A stretch of DNA of 57,161 nucleotides, taken from positions 1 through 57,161 of the forward strand of contig CALKDX010000002.1 in assembly GCA_938084455.1 (NCBI GenBank). Reading direction: 5' to 3'. The stretch is from Candidatus Poseidoniaceae archaeon. GTDB taxonomy: Archaea > Thermoplasmatota > Poseidoniia > Poseidoniales > Poseidoniaceae. Under the pieces are notes generated by a model, which was given only the letters and a program-made list of their open reading frames with translations, was not told the origin of the DNA and ran no database searches. Shown here piece after piece: positions 1 to 10,400 of this stretch (position 1 is its first letter; each line of letters starts with the position of its first letter). Made by a program: the position numbers and the translations under genes.

Positions 1-3000
1 GTAATACGTGTAAGCGCGATCTGCACAGACGTTGTATGACGATGGGTATCCGCCACCATAGCCTTCAGGAGGCGTGAATGGTCCGTTGGTTCCACCGTGG
101 TATGAGGTGTAGTAGAGAGCCCAGTAGTGGTACGGGTAGTAAGCGTAGGAACCGGTTGGGGTCACGCCATCGATGTTTTCCCACCCGAAGCCGAACTGAT
201 CTGGAGCTTCGTAGTAGCCAGGGTATCCCGGATTGGTCCCGGGGCCACCAGGCCAGTAGCGCCACATGTAGTAGAAGTAGCCTTCAAGCCCAGACGGGTA
301 GTTTGGCCCGAATGAGTAACCATAGTAGTCACATGACCAACTTGGCACACCACCGGTAGCACCAGCAGCGTAGGTAGCGGTTGTACCGACACCAGATGCT
401 GGGTCTGCTGAACTGTATGGGTAGTAACCGAGGTCAGAGGATTGGGTGACGTTCCAAGCGTTTCCGTTGCTGTCTTCCAACTCAATGTTGTATCGGTCAG
501 TGATCATGTAGTACTTCGTGGTAGCGTAGTTGTATGTTGGGTGAGCGTTACCGCCACCGTAAATACTGTTCCAGCCAACTTGGAGGTAGTCCTGCGAGAG
601 GTAGGTCGACAAGTCGATCTTGTACGTTTTCCAACCAGTGCTTTCACCGCTAAGCAAAGTGCTGCGGTAAACGGTAGGCAAGGACATACCACCGTACACG
701 TCAACACCAACGGTGTTGTCGGTTGCGGTGAATCCATCAACCTGAGGAGCGCCGTTGTAGGATTGAATACCAACTGCAGCGTTCTTTACGATGATGTTTT
801 CGATGGTTCCGCCGGATGCTTCAACCCACAGTGCGGTACCGGTTTGTCCGGTGTTAATGATGCTTGAATCTGCGATGTTTGCAGTTCCGCCATCAACCTT
901 CACCGTAGCCATTTCTGAGTTCGATGCGGAGGCACCAAACACTGTAGCGCTGTTGCTCATGACAAGAGTAGCACCGTCACCGATTAGGAGAGCAGCACCA
1001 GTTGTGGAGTCTTGAGCGACGTCACGGAGAACACCACCGTCGAGTTCGAGGGTTCCATCTTGGATGTCCATGTGGAGCCCGTAGGTAGACGAAACAGCCT
1101 TCACAGTACCAATAGCACCTGTGTCAGGTGACACAGTTACCTTGAGTGAACCACCATCGCTGAGGGTGAGCACTGGGGAACTGGTTGCTGTGCTCTTGAC
1201 CTTTAGGACAGATCCCAAGAGGACAATGTTACAGCCGTCGAGTTCGAGGTCAGCAGCCAAGGTCATTGGAGTGCTGTCGAAGACGTATGCGTTGAGCGCA
1301 GCATCGTAGGTGGTTGCGAGGGTCACGTTAGCAGCAATCCATGCACAGTCCATACCTGCTTGATCGAATTCCACAGGAGCAGGTTCGAGCAAGAGGTCAA
1401 TGGTGTCCCCAACGGTGTAGGTTCCATCTGCTGGGTACCATGCATCCGTGTAGAGGGTTTCATTCTGTCCTGCTGCACCGAACGCACGCAAGTTGTGGTC
1501 GTCGTAGCTGTTACCAGATTCGTCAGCGGTGATGACCCATACAGTGGCCATACCGTTCGCATCGGTGATGTGGGAGCCAACTTCGAAGAGTTCAGATCCC
1601 GAAGAATCAACGACGGTTGCACTGACGTAGTGTCCAGATTTGTACACTGTAGTGGCTACGTTGTTGATCAATGCGTTACGGTAAGTGTAAGCTGTTGCCA
1701 GTCCACCGTACCAGATTTCCGAGGAGGATGAAGCAGTCACCTTTCCATCAGTTCCATCGTAGGCGGAGGTAGCTCCGTCAACGAGGACGTGAATCAAGCG
1801 GACATCCGAGTTGGTGTCTGCGTAGGCAAAGTCTGCAAGTCCGGTACCGGAGGTGGTCACGTCAGTTTGACCGATGGTGACATCGGAGTATCGGGCGTAA
1901 ACCATTGGATCAACGGTGTTGGCGTGGGTGATGTCTCCATTCTCGATGGTCATCGTGTTCGCAGCGATTGAACAACCATTGGAACTGACACCGGTAGTTG
2001 TGACAGTGTTCATGTGGATGTTCCAACCACAACCGCTCACTGAAATGTCAGTAGCGACCATGTTGTTCATAGGCACCAAAGTCGAGGTGATTGCATTACC
2101 AGTCATCGATAGCGAACCAATGGTCACGCTATCGAAGGTTCCAGGTTGCACACGGGTCATGGCGGTGTCACCAGCGGTCACGTCGTCGAAGACGGCGTTA
2201 TCTTCTGATGGTCCGTTACCGGTGCTCGCTGTTCCACCAGGGGTGATGGTCATGGTTGCGGAACCGAAATCGACGGTTGTCATCATGATGGCGTCCATAG
2301 CTTCGATTGAAACCGATGCATAGTCGTCTGCGTCAAAGTTGTGAAGCACCACTTCGCTGCCACTGCCTGCTGCGGATCCGAATGCGGTTCCGGTTTGGGC
2401 GCTAGCTGCGTTAGCGGTCACGTTGCTGACGGTGACGGATGCAAAGTCGACATCGATGAGGTTGACATATGCGTTGGTCACTGTAGTGTTCTCTAGGAAG
2501 AGAGCACCGCCAGTCGATCCGGCGACGTTGACGATTGCACCACCAGCGGAGTTTCCGTCGGTGTTACAGTCCTTCATGGTACCTTCAGTGAGTGTTGCCA
2601 CGGTGTCTTCTGCGAAGTCGAAACAAGCAGAGTCTGCGCCGTCAACGCTGAAGTCGTTCATGGTCACCACAGTGCCTTGTCCGCTTCCGTGAGAGAAAGC
2701 AGAGCCGACATCGGTGAACGTCACATGGTCCATCGTGAAGTTACCAACGTTAGAGTTGGTGCTTGGCGAGGATCCGTGGCGTGAACCAGCGGAGATTGCA
2801 GCGTCAGAGGTGTTTGCGAAGTCAACGTAGGAGAAGGTATGACGGTCATCTGTGCCCGACGAGCAAGCAGCAGTGAATGCCATTCCAGTCCATTCAGCAC
2901 CATCTGCACCCTCGATGAGGATGTGGTCGGTGCTGTTTCCATTGAGCGTCATCTGATCGCAGGTACCGTCAAAGGAAATCCCCTTGCCGGCTGCGACCTG

Positions 3001-6000
3001 GATGGTCACACCTGGTTGCACAGTCAAATCAGCCGAAATGGTGAGGTAGTCACCGCTTGGGTTGATTCGGATTGGGCTGTCAGTAGCGTCCCATGTGGTG
3101 TCTTGGGTGATGTCGGATGTGACATCAGTACCCTTGCCTTCGAAAGGCATGGTTCGATAGTAGACACCGCAATCGACGTTTGTGTTCTGGTAGCAGTAGT
3201 AGGTACCGTAGTACGACCAGTATGGTGCGATTGTACCTGCACGAGCAAAGCTGCTCGAGGAGTATGGCAACTGTGGCATGTTACCATACCATGTGGTCAT
3301 ACTTCGAACCAATGCAGTGGATCCAGAACTCACAAAGTGCATGTTACCGTGTCGTCCGAGGTTGATACGGTCGTTGCTGTCTGTGTAGTTGTAATCAGTA
3401 CCGAAGTACGTAAAGTTGAATCCATCAGGCATTGCGATGTTATCAGCACACTTGTTCGCCCATGTGTTCCAGTAGTAACTGGATGCACAGTAGTAACCAG
3501 ACGGTTGACCACTGGATGAACCCGTGATTGCCGAGGCATCAGCGTTCACCAAGCCAGAGAGGCCACGGTCGAAAGACTCGAAGCTGCTACCGGTCGAAGT
3601 TGTTGAGATTCGGTAGTTGGCAGGGTGGGGGTTTGTTCCAGAGATGTACTGAGTGCTGGTTCGGTGTCGGATGGTTTGACCCATTGTTCGGGTTTGATCC
3701 ATGAATCCAACAGTGGCAGCATCGTACGAGTTGGTACAAGCGTCGTCGTACTTGAACTCGATTTCGTTGGTGACGTCATAGAAGACGGCTTGGTAAGTAC
3801 AGTAGTCATTCGAGGAGTAACCCATGTCTCGCCATTCAACAATGAACATCTTGTTTGGATCGCCGACTGTGAAAGATTCGGTCGATGTCGTCTGGGTGTT
3901 AATTCCACCAGCGACTGCCGATACGTCTTCAGCCTTCATGTAATACTCAACGGTGTCTCCACGTTCTAGGTCCTCGATGTCTGCAGACCAGTCACAGTTC
4001 GACAACGAACAATCTGCTCGTGTCTTACCAGATTCTTGAGTCATGACGACGGAGGTCCAGGAACCAGCGGTGCCGCCATCAGGGGTCACACGGTAGTACA
4101 TGGTTGGACCGACGCCAGCAGAGGTGCTCACGTTGAGACCTGCTGGTGGGTCGCCTGCATCAGCGATTGTTGCGGTGATCGTTCGTGACTTGCTGTGGGA
4201 ATCAGCAAGTGCAGAATGGGTGAATTCAGGTTTGAACGTATCAGGTGTTGGTGCAACATTACCGAACTTGTAGGTGACATCGCCAGAGGAGGCGATTCGG
4301 CCGTAGTAGCCCATACCGAGTGCGAATCCGCTCCACTTGTAGTTGGTGACACCAGAGTATGCACCAGCGTAGTAGTAGGCAGGGGAACAGTCGTTGTAAG
4401 AGCTGTATGGGCTGCGCCAGAAGTAGGTGAAACCATTGCTGGTCACACACAAGCGGTTAGCGTTTGTTCCAGCACCGCCGGTTTCGTTACCGAATCCGAA
4501 CTTGCCAAACATGCCACCGTAGTCGCTGCCCAAGGTGATCTTGTAGGCGTTGGTGTACCCGTACGATCGGCTGCCGTCAGCGGAGGTTCCGCCGTTGAGC
4601 GTTTCGTCGATTGAAGTCGATGTACCGATTCCAACCATTGCGAAGGCATCGCTTGAACTGTCGTAGAGGAACATGAGGTTCATTCCAGGACCGTTAGCAG
4701 CGGAGATGGTGAGGTATCCACCATCATCCTTGTGCAGTTGGTCGATGTTCGAGCGTGTTCCACCCATACCGTTGTACCCAGACGACGCAGTGGTCGTGTG
4801 CTGAGCAATCCAGTTCGAGTAGAAGTAGTACGACGAGGAGTAGAAGCAAGAGCTGCTACCGGTTCCACAAGACGAAGTATCGAATTCGAAGTAGAATTCG
4901 TTGCTGTCGTCGAAGTGAGTCATCTGTCGATCGAAGTATTGGTTTGCACCTGGCGAGTAGTAGTTTGCTGCGTGCACATCTGTGGTGAGCACAGTCAACT
5001 TCTTGGTGGTTCCAGCATCCACAACATCTTCCACTGCGAAGTAGTAAGGTGTCGGGGTGGTTTGGGCACCGGTCAATGCTGGATCGTATCCAACGTTTGC
5101 ACCGCCAGCGGTGTTTAGATCTTGGAACTTCCAATAGTACTCGACGTAATCGCCTGCAGAGATCGTCGCTGTGGTTGCCTTGAACTGGCACTCAGAGGAG
5201 GTCGAACTGCAGGTACCAATGCTGCTTGCTGTAACGCTGGTGTACGAACCGTTGTTGAGTGCGTAGTTGAGCGTTGGAGCGTTTGCAGTTGTGGTGTCAA
5301 TACCAGACATGTCGGTGAGGGTCGTGAAGAAAGTGCGGGCACCTTCAATGTACGATGTCACACCGCTGTATGGGACAAAGCCAGACAGAGGAGCGTCCGT
5401 ATCCGAGCCACCAGAGTAGGTGATTTGGATGTAGGAGTTCGACGAACCTGAGGTGTAAGCGTAGCTGTACAAGTAAGTCGATGACGTAATTCGTTGTCCG
5501 ATTCCGACGGTACCAGCGTTGGTTTGAGCGGACGTGATGTATCCCGCTGCGGTTCCGGAGGAACATGTAGCTGCGGAGGTACAAACATCAGCGGTCTTCC
5601 AGCTGTAACTGCTACCAATCGAGTAGGTGTCGAAGGATGGGCTGTTCCACAAGGAAGTGATCATTCGGCGGGATGCAGCGGAGTTGTAGCTGCTTCCTGT
5701 CAGGATCTGGCTTGCGGTCAGCGCTCCGGAACACGAAGCGGTTGGCATCGTGTGAGAGTACGACGACAAGGTTGGAGAGCCACAGTTCTCAAGAACGGTT
5801 GCGGTCACTGATGTCGAGGAAGAACCCGAGCGGTATTGGAGGTAGGACTTCCAGCTGATTGCGTCAACAGTAGCACCGGATGGCAGTGCGTTGCTGGAGG
5901 TGTAGGTGTAGCGGTGCCATGGCATGTATCGCATCTGAGAGTAGTACCGGTATGTGTAGCGGTAGGAACTGGAGTAACAGTTACGGTAGTAGCGGTAGCA

Positions 6001-7014
6001 GTATCCACCGGCGTTGCTGTAGACCTTGATGGTTGGGTCAATAGCAAGCGGGAACACACGGTCTTCAGACATCAACCACTCGGATTCCACTGCGGTCGTA
6101 ATGACAACTTGTGGGCCGTAGACTTGGATGAAGAAAGTCGCCGTGTAGGGTTCCGCAGAGCCTTCTTCCAACACAGTCGGGACTGGGATCTCTGCAAGGA
6201 GTTCACCGGTTTCGATGTGTCGGATTTCGAGGGCTTCCTGGGTTTGCGTCATTTCTTCGCCGAGCATGTTGTCGCCGAGGAAGAGAGCGAAACCGGATGG
6301 AATTTGGATGGTTTCTGAGAGACCGAACCAAGCAGCTCCTGGCTCAAGGACAGGTCGCTCGCGGATGACGAGGTTCTGCTTGAGTTGGGTTGACTCGACG
6401 GTGTAGTCGAGGTCGAAGCCTTCTGCGATCGGGTAACGGAGGACGTTTCCACCGACGGTCACGCCTTCTTGCGAAGGAGCAACGTGGTACGGTTGTGGCG
6501 CAGTGCCAGATTCGTCCAAAGTCACGATCATTGGTGCGATACCTGTGATGATTGGGTCAACAAATTGGTTTGGTTGAACCGCAACACCGTAGGCCATTTC
6601 AGGAGCGAAATGGGTCGTAAACGTGTTGTCAGCTACTTCCCAACCATTAGCAGTTGCGACGACATTCAAATCGATGTCTTCCCATGCACCACTGTCGTCC
6701 ATGAAGTGAACTGGCGTAGCGTGGTTGAGCTGCGCAAACTTGCCGTCTTCAGTGACGTAGGTCTTGGTCGTTTGGTCTCTCATGCCGATGAGTTCATCGG
6801 ATGGTTCTTGTTCATAGTCAGTTGCCTTCACAGCTTCTGGCAATGCAAAGAAGTCATTCTCTGCAGTGTCGTTTGAATCAACAAACTCCACGTCGCCTGT
6901 GTTGTTATCGACAAACCCAGCCATAGGCATTAGGGCCATCAAAGCGCACAACAACAGTGCGATGCCAATGCCGCTGAAGACTGACGTTTTCTTGGTGTTC
7001 TTATTTCCCAACAT
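1..7014 (-). CDS. Giant (>2338 aa, 3'-truncated by window edge) secreted Tyr-rich multidomain surface protein with WapA/RHS-type N-terminal domain and probable beta-helix region
   Basis: Not in the ORF track because the frame has no stop inside the window; no track ORF uses this frame. ATG at 7014 follows GGTGA. Manual translation gives MLGNKNTKKTSVFSGIGIALLLCALMALMPMAG (signal peptide), RDQTTKTYVTEDG..PVHFMDDSGAWEDIDL, GNVLRYPIAEGFDLDYTVESTQLKQNLVIR and WLMSEDRVFPLAIDPT. The same frame is still coding at base 1 (..SYNVCADRAYTYY). I spot-checked the frame rather than reading every codon. Confidence 0.9.
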   Translation of the reverse strand, partial: MLGNKNTKKTSVFSGIGIALLLCALMALMPMAGFVDNNTGDVEFVDSNDTAENDFFALPEAVKATDYEQEPSDELIGMRDQTTKTYVTEDGKFAQLNHATPVHFMDDSGAWEDIDLNVVATANGWEVADNTFTTHFAPEMAYGVAVQPNQFVDPIITGIAPMIVTLDESGTAPQPYHVAPSQEGVTVGGNVLRYPIAEGFDLDYTVESTQLKQNLVIRERPVLEPGAAWFGLSETIQIPSGFALFLGDNMLGEEMTQTQEALEIRHIETGELLAEIPVPTVLEEGSAEPYTATFFIQVYGPQVVITTAVESEWLMSEDRVFPLAIDPTIKVYSNAGGYCYRYYRNCYSSSYRYTYRYYSQMRYMPWHRYTYTSSNALPSGATVDAISWKSYLQYRSGSSSTSVTATVLENCGSPTLSSYSHTMPTASCSGALTASQILTGSSYNSAASRRMITSLWNSPSFDTYSIGSSYSWKTADVCTSAATCSSGTAAGYITSAQTNAGTVGIGQRITSSTYLYSYAYTSGSSNSYIQITYSGGSDTDAPLSGFVPYSGVTSYIEGARTFFTTLTDMSGIDTTTANAPTLNYALNNGSYTSVTASSIGTCSSTSSECQFKATTATISAGDYVEYYWKFQDLNTAGGANVGYDPALTGAQTTPTPYYFAVEDVVDAGTTKKLTVLTTDVHAANYYSPGANQYFDRQMTHFDDSNEFYFEFDTSSCGTGSSSCFYSSSYYFYSNWIAQHTTTASSGYNGMGGTRSNIDQLHKDDGGYLTISAANGPGMNLMFLYDSSSDAFAMVGIGTSTSIDETLNGGTSADGSRSYGYTNAYKITLGSDYGGMFGKFGFGNETGGAGTNANRLCVTSNGFTYFWRSPYSSYNDCSPAYYYAGAYSGVTNYKWSGFALGMGYYGRIASSGDVTYKFGNVAPTPDTFKPEFTHSALADSHSKSRTITATIADAGDPPAGLNVSTSAGVGPTMYYRVTPDGGTAGSWTSVVMTQESGKTRADCSLSNCDWSADIEDLERGDTVEYYMKAEDVSAVAGGINTQTTSTESFTVGDPNKMFIVEWRDMGYSSNDYCTYQAVFYDVTNEIEFKYDDACTNSYDAATVGFMDQTRTMGQTIRHRTSTQYISGTNPHPANYRISTTSTGSSFESFDRGLSGLVNADASAITGSSSGQPSGYYCASSYYWNTWANKCADNIAMPDGFNFTYFGTDYNYTDSNDRINLGRHGNMHFVSSGSTALVRSMTTWYGNMPQLPYSSSSFARAGTIAPYWSYYGTYYCYQNTNVDCGVYYRTMPFEGKGTDVTSDITQDTTWDATDSPIRINPSGDYLTISADLTVQPGVTIQVAAGKGISFDGTCDQMTLNGNSTDHILIEGADGAEWTGMAFTAACSSGTDDRHTFSYVDFANTSDAAISAGSRHGSSPSTNSNVGNFTMDHVTFTDVGSAFSHGSGQGTVVTMNDFSVDGADSACFDFAEDTVATLTEGTMKDCNTDGNSAGGAIVNVAGSTGGALFLENTTVTNAYVNLIDVDFASVTVSNVTANAASAQTGTAFGSAAGSGSEVVLHNFDADDYASVSIEAMDAIMMTTVDFGSATMTITPGGTASTGNGPSEDNAVFDDVTAGDTAMTRVQPGTFDSVTIGSLSMTGNAITSTLVPMNNMVATDISVSGCGWNIHMNTVTTTGVSSNGCSIAANTMTIENGDITHANTVDPMVYARYSDVTIGQTDVTTSGTGLADFAYADTNSDVRLIHVLVDGATSAYDGTDGKVTASSSSEIWYGGLATAYTYRNALINNVATTVYKSGHYVSATVVDSSGSELFEVGSHITDANGMATVWVITADESGNSYDDHNLRAFGAAGQNETLYTDAWYPADGTYTVGDTIDLLLEPAPVEFDQAGMDCAWIAANVTLATTYDAALNAYVFDSTPMTLAADLELDGCNIVLLGSVLKVKSTATSSPVLTLSDGGSLKVTVSPDTGAIGTVKAVSSTYGLHMDIQDGTLELDGGVLRDVAQDSTTGAALLIGDGATLVMSNSATVFGASASNSEMATVKVDGGTANIADSSIINTGQTGTALWVEASGGTIENIIVKNAAVGIQSYNGAPQVDGFTATDNTVGVDVYGGMSLPTVYRSTLLSGESTGWKTYKIDLSTYLSQDYLQVGWNSIYGGGNAHPTYNYATTKYYMITDRYNIELEDSNGNAWNVTQSSDLGYYPYSSADPASGVGTTATYAAGATGGVPSWSCDYYGYSFGPNYPSGLEGYFYYMWRYWPGGPGTNPGYPGYYEAPDQFGFGWENIDGVTPTGSYAYYPYHYWALYYTSYHGGTNGPFTPPEGYGGGYPSSYNVCADRAYTYY

Positions 7015-7340
7015 GTGTCATTCACCCATACGGATTGTATGCAAAGCATCCCACGCTCTGCACCCCTTATAGGAGTTGGGGTGCGAAATCTTTGAATTTC
7101 GGCTTTGAGATAGAATAGCCAAACGAGATACATGGGCGTATTTTTTGTGAAATTCACACATTTCATATCACTCACAGATCCAATAAAAAATCAAGAAGTA
7201 AATACATCAAGATTCACTGAGCATTTGTACCCCATACGCAGCACCCCGATTAGACTCAGAATAGAGAAGAGGGAAACCTAGATTTATGAATTTTCTTTCG
7301 AAAAAAAATAACTTTGACTTCGAGAAAGAAGGAGGTAAAG

Positions 7341-7403
7341 AAAAATTGGCCGATGGGGGCCGTCGAAACGGCCCCCTCGGCGGCTCTTCCCCTCGCAAGG
7401 GGA
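7341..7403 (-). terminator. GC-rich double hairpin followed by a U-tract downstream of the 1027-aa gene
   Basis: GCCGA-T-GGGGGCCGT-CGAA-ACGGCCCCC-TCGGC (7349-7381) and TCCCCT-CGCA-AGGGGA (7388-7403); on the minus strand these are followed by AATTTTTCTTT. Confidence 0.7.
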
Positions 7404-7434
7404 TGATGTTCGTCGATGAGAAGACTAGATGAGA

Positions 7435-10400
7435 TCAGTAATCCCAGTCTTTGTTCTCATCGTCCTCTCCACCACGGGAAAGGATGAACGCTCCAACAAT
7501 GAATGCTGCGAAGACAACACCACCGATAACGCCCCAAGTCCAGGTTGGAACCTCGCCGGCAGTCACATCGCCAGTGACGTTCGTTCCGTCATCAACGTTG
7601 GAAGTGTCTGCATCTCGCTGGTAGTCGATGCTGTTCAATGCCGCAGATGCAGCGGAGTTACCGAGTGCATCCACAGGAACCGCAGTGAAATAGTACGTGT
7701 AGGTACCTGCTGCAGTTGGCTTGTCGATGACAACATCAGTTGTTGTGGTCGATGCACATGTGGTTGGCATGTTGGCTGCATCGAATGTACCGCGTTGGTA
7801 GCACACATCCCATGAAGCAACATCGAATGTTTCGCCGGTAGCGTCCCAATCAATAACCCATGTTTCGCCAACTTCGGAAACTGCGAAGTTCATTGCTGAG
7901 ACCCCACCGTCGACAGACTTGTCTGCAGTGACATTGCCAACACCCTTTGGAGTGCTGCAACCAACATCGTTGCAGATTTCTACAAGCACGTTGTAGTAAG
8001 CACCGTGAACTGTGTTTGATCCAGAGTATGAGAAGGTGGATGTTCCAACACCTAATCCGGTAGTGAATGCATCTGCACAGCCAGCCTCACCTTCACAGAT
8101 GGTCACGTCAATGCTGTCAGAATCGAGCATTGTACCCTCAACATCCCAGTTGAGGACAATTGCTCCACCCTTTGCAGCAGCTGCGCTGAATCCAGTGATG
8201 CTCGCATCGGGGACATCGGCTTGGGCGAGTGAACCGCCCATGAGCACCAATGCTCCAGCAGAGAGCACAGGGCTGTCTGCAGGGATATCATAAGCGAACA
8301 TTTCAGTTGTAGCATCGACATCCGTTGCCTCAGCAACAATCAAGGTCCAAAGACCAGAATCTGTGACGTACCAAAGGGAGGTTGCTTCTAGGCTCTTTGG
8401 CAGTGTGACATCCATCGATTGTTCGAGGACATCCGATGCAGAGTAAGTTGTGCTTGGAGCGTAGTCAATGGCTCCGACTGCAGAGTAGGTGCCCGAGTAT
8501 CCAGGAAGTTCCTTGTTCTCGTAGTTTGAGAGATCGGCATCGGTAGCGTTCAGAGAGAACGCATCTGGTGCTTTGTACTTGAGAGCGTATGAAACTGACA
8601 ATCCGGAGTCAGTGGTTGCCGAGGCACCGCCGTTGTTCCAGATGAACAGCATCATTTCTTCGCTGGTTGAGCCACCGTTTGAATCGTAAACAGTGAACGA
8701 AATTGGGAAGTCAAGCACATAGGTGTCGAGCACAGGAATTGTGCAGGTTTGTGCTGTGGTAGAGCGCTCGCAACCAGGCAGAGCAGCACCGCTGTAGGTC
8801 CAAGCGTACTCAAGGCCCATTCCAGATGGTTCGTCAACGTCAAAGACCTGGGCAGACAACTGCAACGGCTCTTCTTGGTTGGTGAACAAGTCGCCCTCAT
8901 TCATCAAATCCAGGGAAAGAATCAGTGGGTTGTTGTTTCGAACATCCACGGTCATGGTTCGATCGTTGTTGGATGGGCGTGCGTCGAGGGCATCCTTGTG
9001 GACGAGTTCTAGGTCGACGCTGAAGGTGTGTTCGCCGGAGTCCAAGGTGACCATCATGCAAGCGTATCCGGTGAGTTCTCCCGGTTGGTCAGGGTTACCA
9101 TCGCCGTCGGAATCGTACAAAGCGGTTCCAAGTTGCTTGTAGGTGTAAGCAGGTTCAATACCGGTCTCACAGGAATTAGTGACCACGGTTTGGCTTTCTC
9201 CAGCCTCATCAGTCACGGTCAGTGTAGCATCCCATGCGTAGTTTGTGGAAGGATCGCTACCGCGGTGTTCGACTTCGACGTGGAAGTATGAGACACCGAC
9301 GTTCAAGTCAGTAGGAGCATCATCGCTCATCATGCTGGTAGGGTTACCTGTTCCATCTGCGTTGTAGCCTTGAGCCACAGTCATACGAGCAACTCGGATG
9401 TCGTGGTAAGTTGAGGCGCTTCCGAGGATTTCATCCTCGTTGGTTTCCGGATAAGAATCCTGAGTGAATTCTTCTTCACAGATATGGTTGAGCGTTTCAT
9501 TGGTTGTTGGATCAGTTTCGATACAAGAATCCCATTGGCTGTACTGAGTGTAAGACAACAACTGAGCAGTCAATTCATAGGTGGAATCAGATTTGTTTGA
9601 ATCAAAGGTCAATTCCCCGGTGTATGTCCACTCGGTGTTGTATGCCAGAACGTTGCGTGTGGCGTTCGTGATGGCTGGAGGTTCGGTGGAAACATTGGTG
9701 AATGTTTCGACGGTTGTTGCTGTTCCAACGGTGACATCGTGGAAAGCCGTACCGAGGATATCGCCGTCGACGGTCGATGTGAGCCCGGTGACATCGCCAC
9801 CTGCCTTCAGGCGGATGACAACTTCACGAGGATTGAATGTGTCCGAGCCGTTTGCGAGAACAGAAAGAGTCCATGCTTTGACACCTGGGCCAGATTCTGC
9901 GGCTTCTCCGCTGTCCCAAGAGAGGTCGACTTGAATGTCGTACCAGTTGACGACGCTGACCTCGATGGTTTGAGCATCGTTTCCAGCATCGACATCGCTT
10001 GGCGTGTCGGCGGTGATTTGGACAATGTAATCACCAGGCATTGGCGTCCATACGATTGGGTTACCACCGTACATCAAGATGTACTTTCCGCCGCCCAAGA
10101 CACCGCTTGCAGCAAGAGAGGTGAAATCACAGAGGCTTGCAGATCCGCAAATAACATCTGTGTTTTGCCACTGGAGGTCGTTACCAGCAGCGTCCTTGGC
10201 GATCATGGATTGACCGCCGCTCCCATCGTCGAGGTAGACAGTTACGGTGTACGACATTTCTGTGATGTCGACATCACCGCTGTTTTGAATGTAGGCTTCG
10301 AAGTTTGTCGCTTCGCCTGCATTCAATGTGTTGCGGCAGCCTGCTTGGGTACAGACGGTTTCTTTCGGGCTTGTTATGGCGATGACTTCAGCATCTGCAC

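Noticed and set aside
65-6876. Dozens of short Val/Thr/Ser-rich ORFs on both strands
   Set aside because: Antisense and off-frame shadows of the single giant minus-strand ORF (1-7014), caused by its biased codon usage
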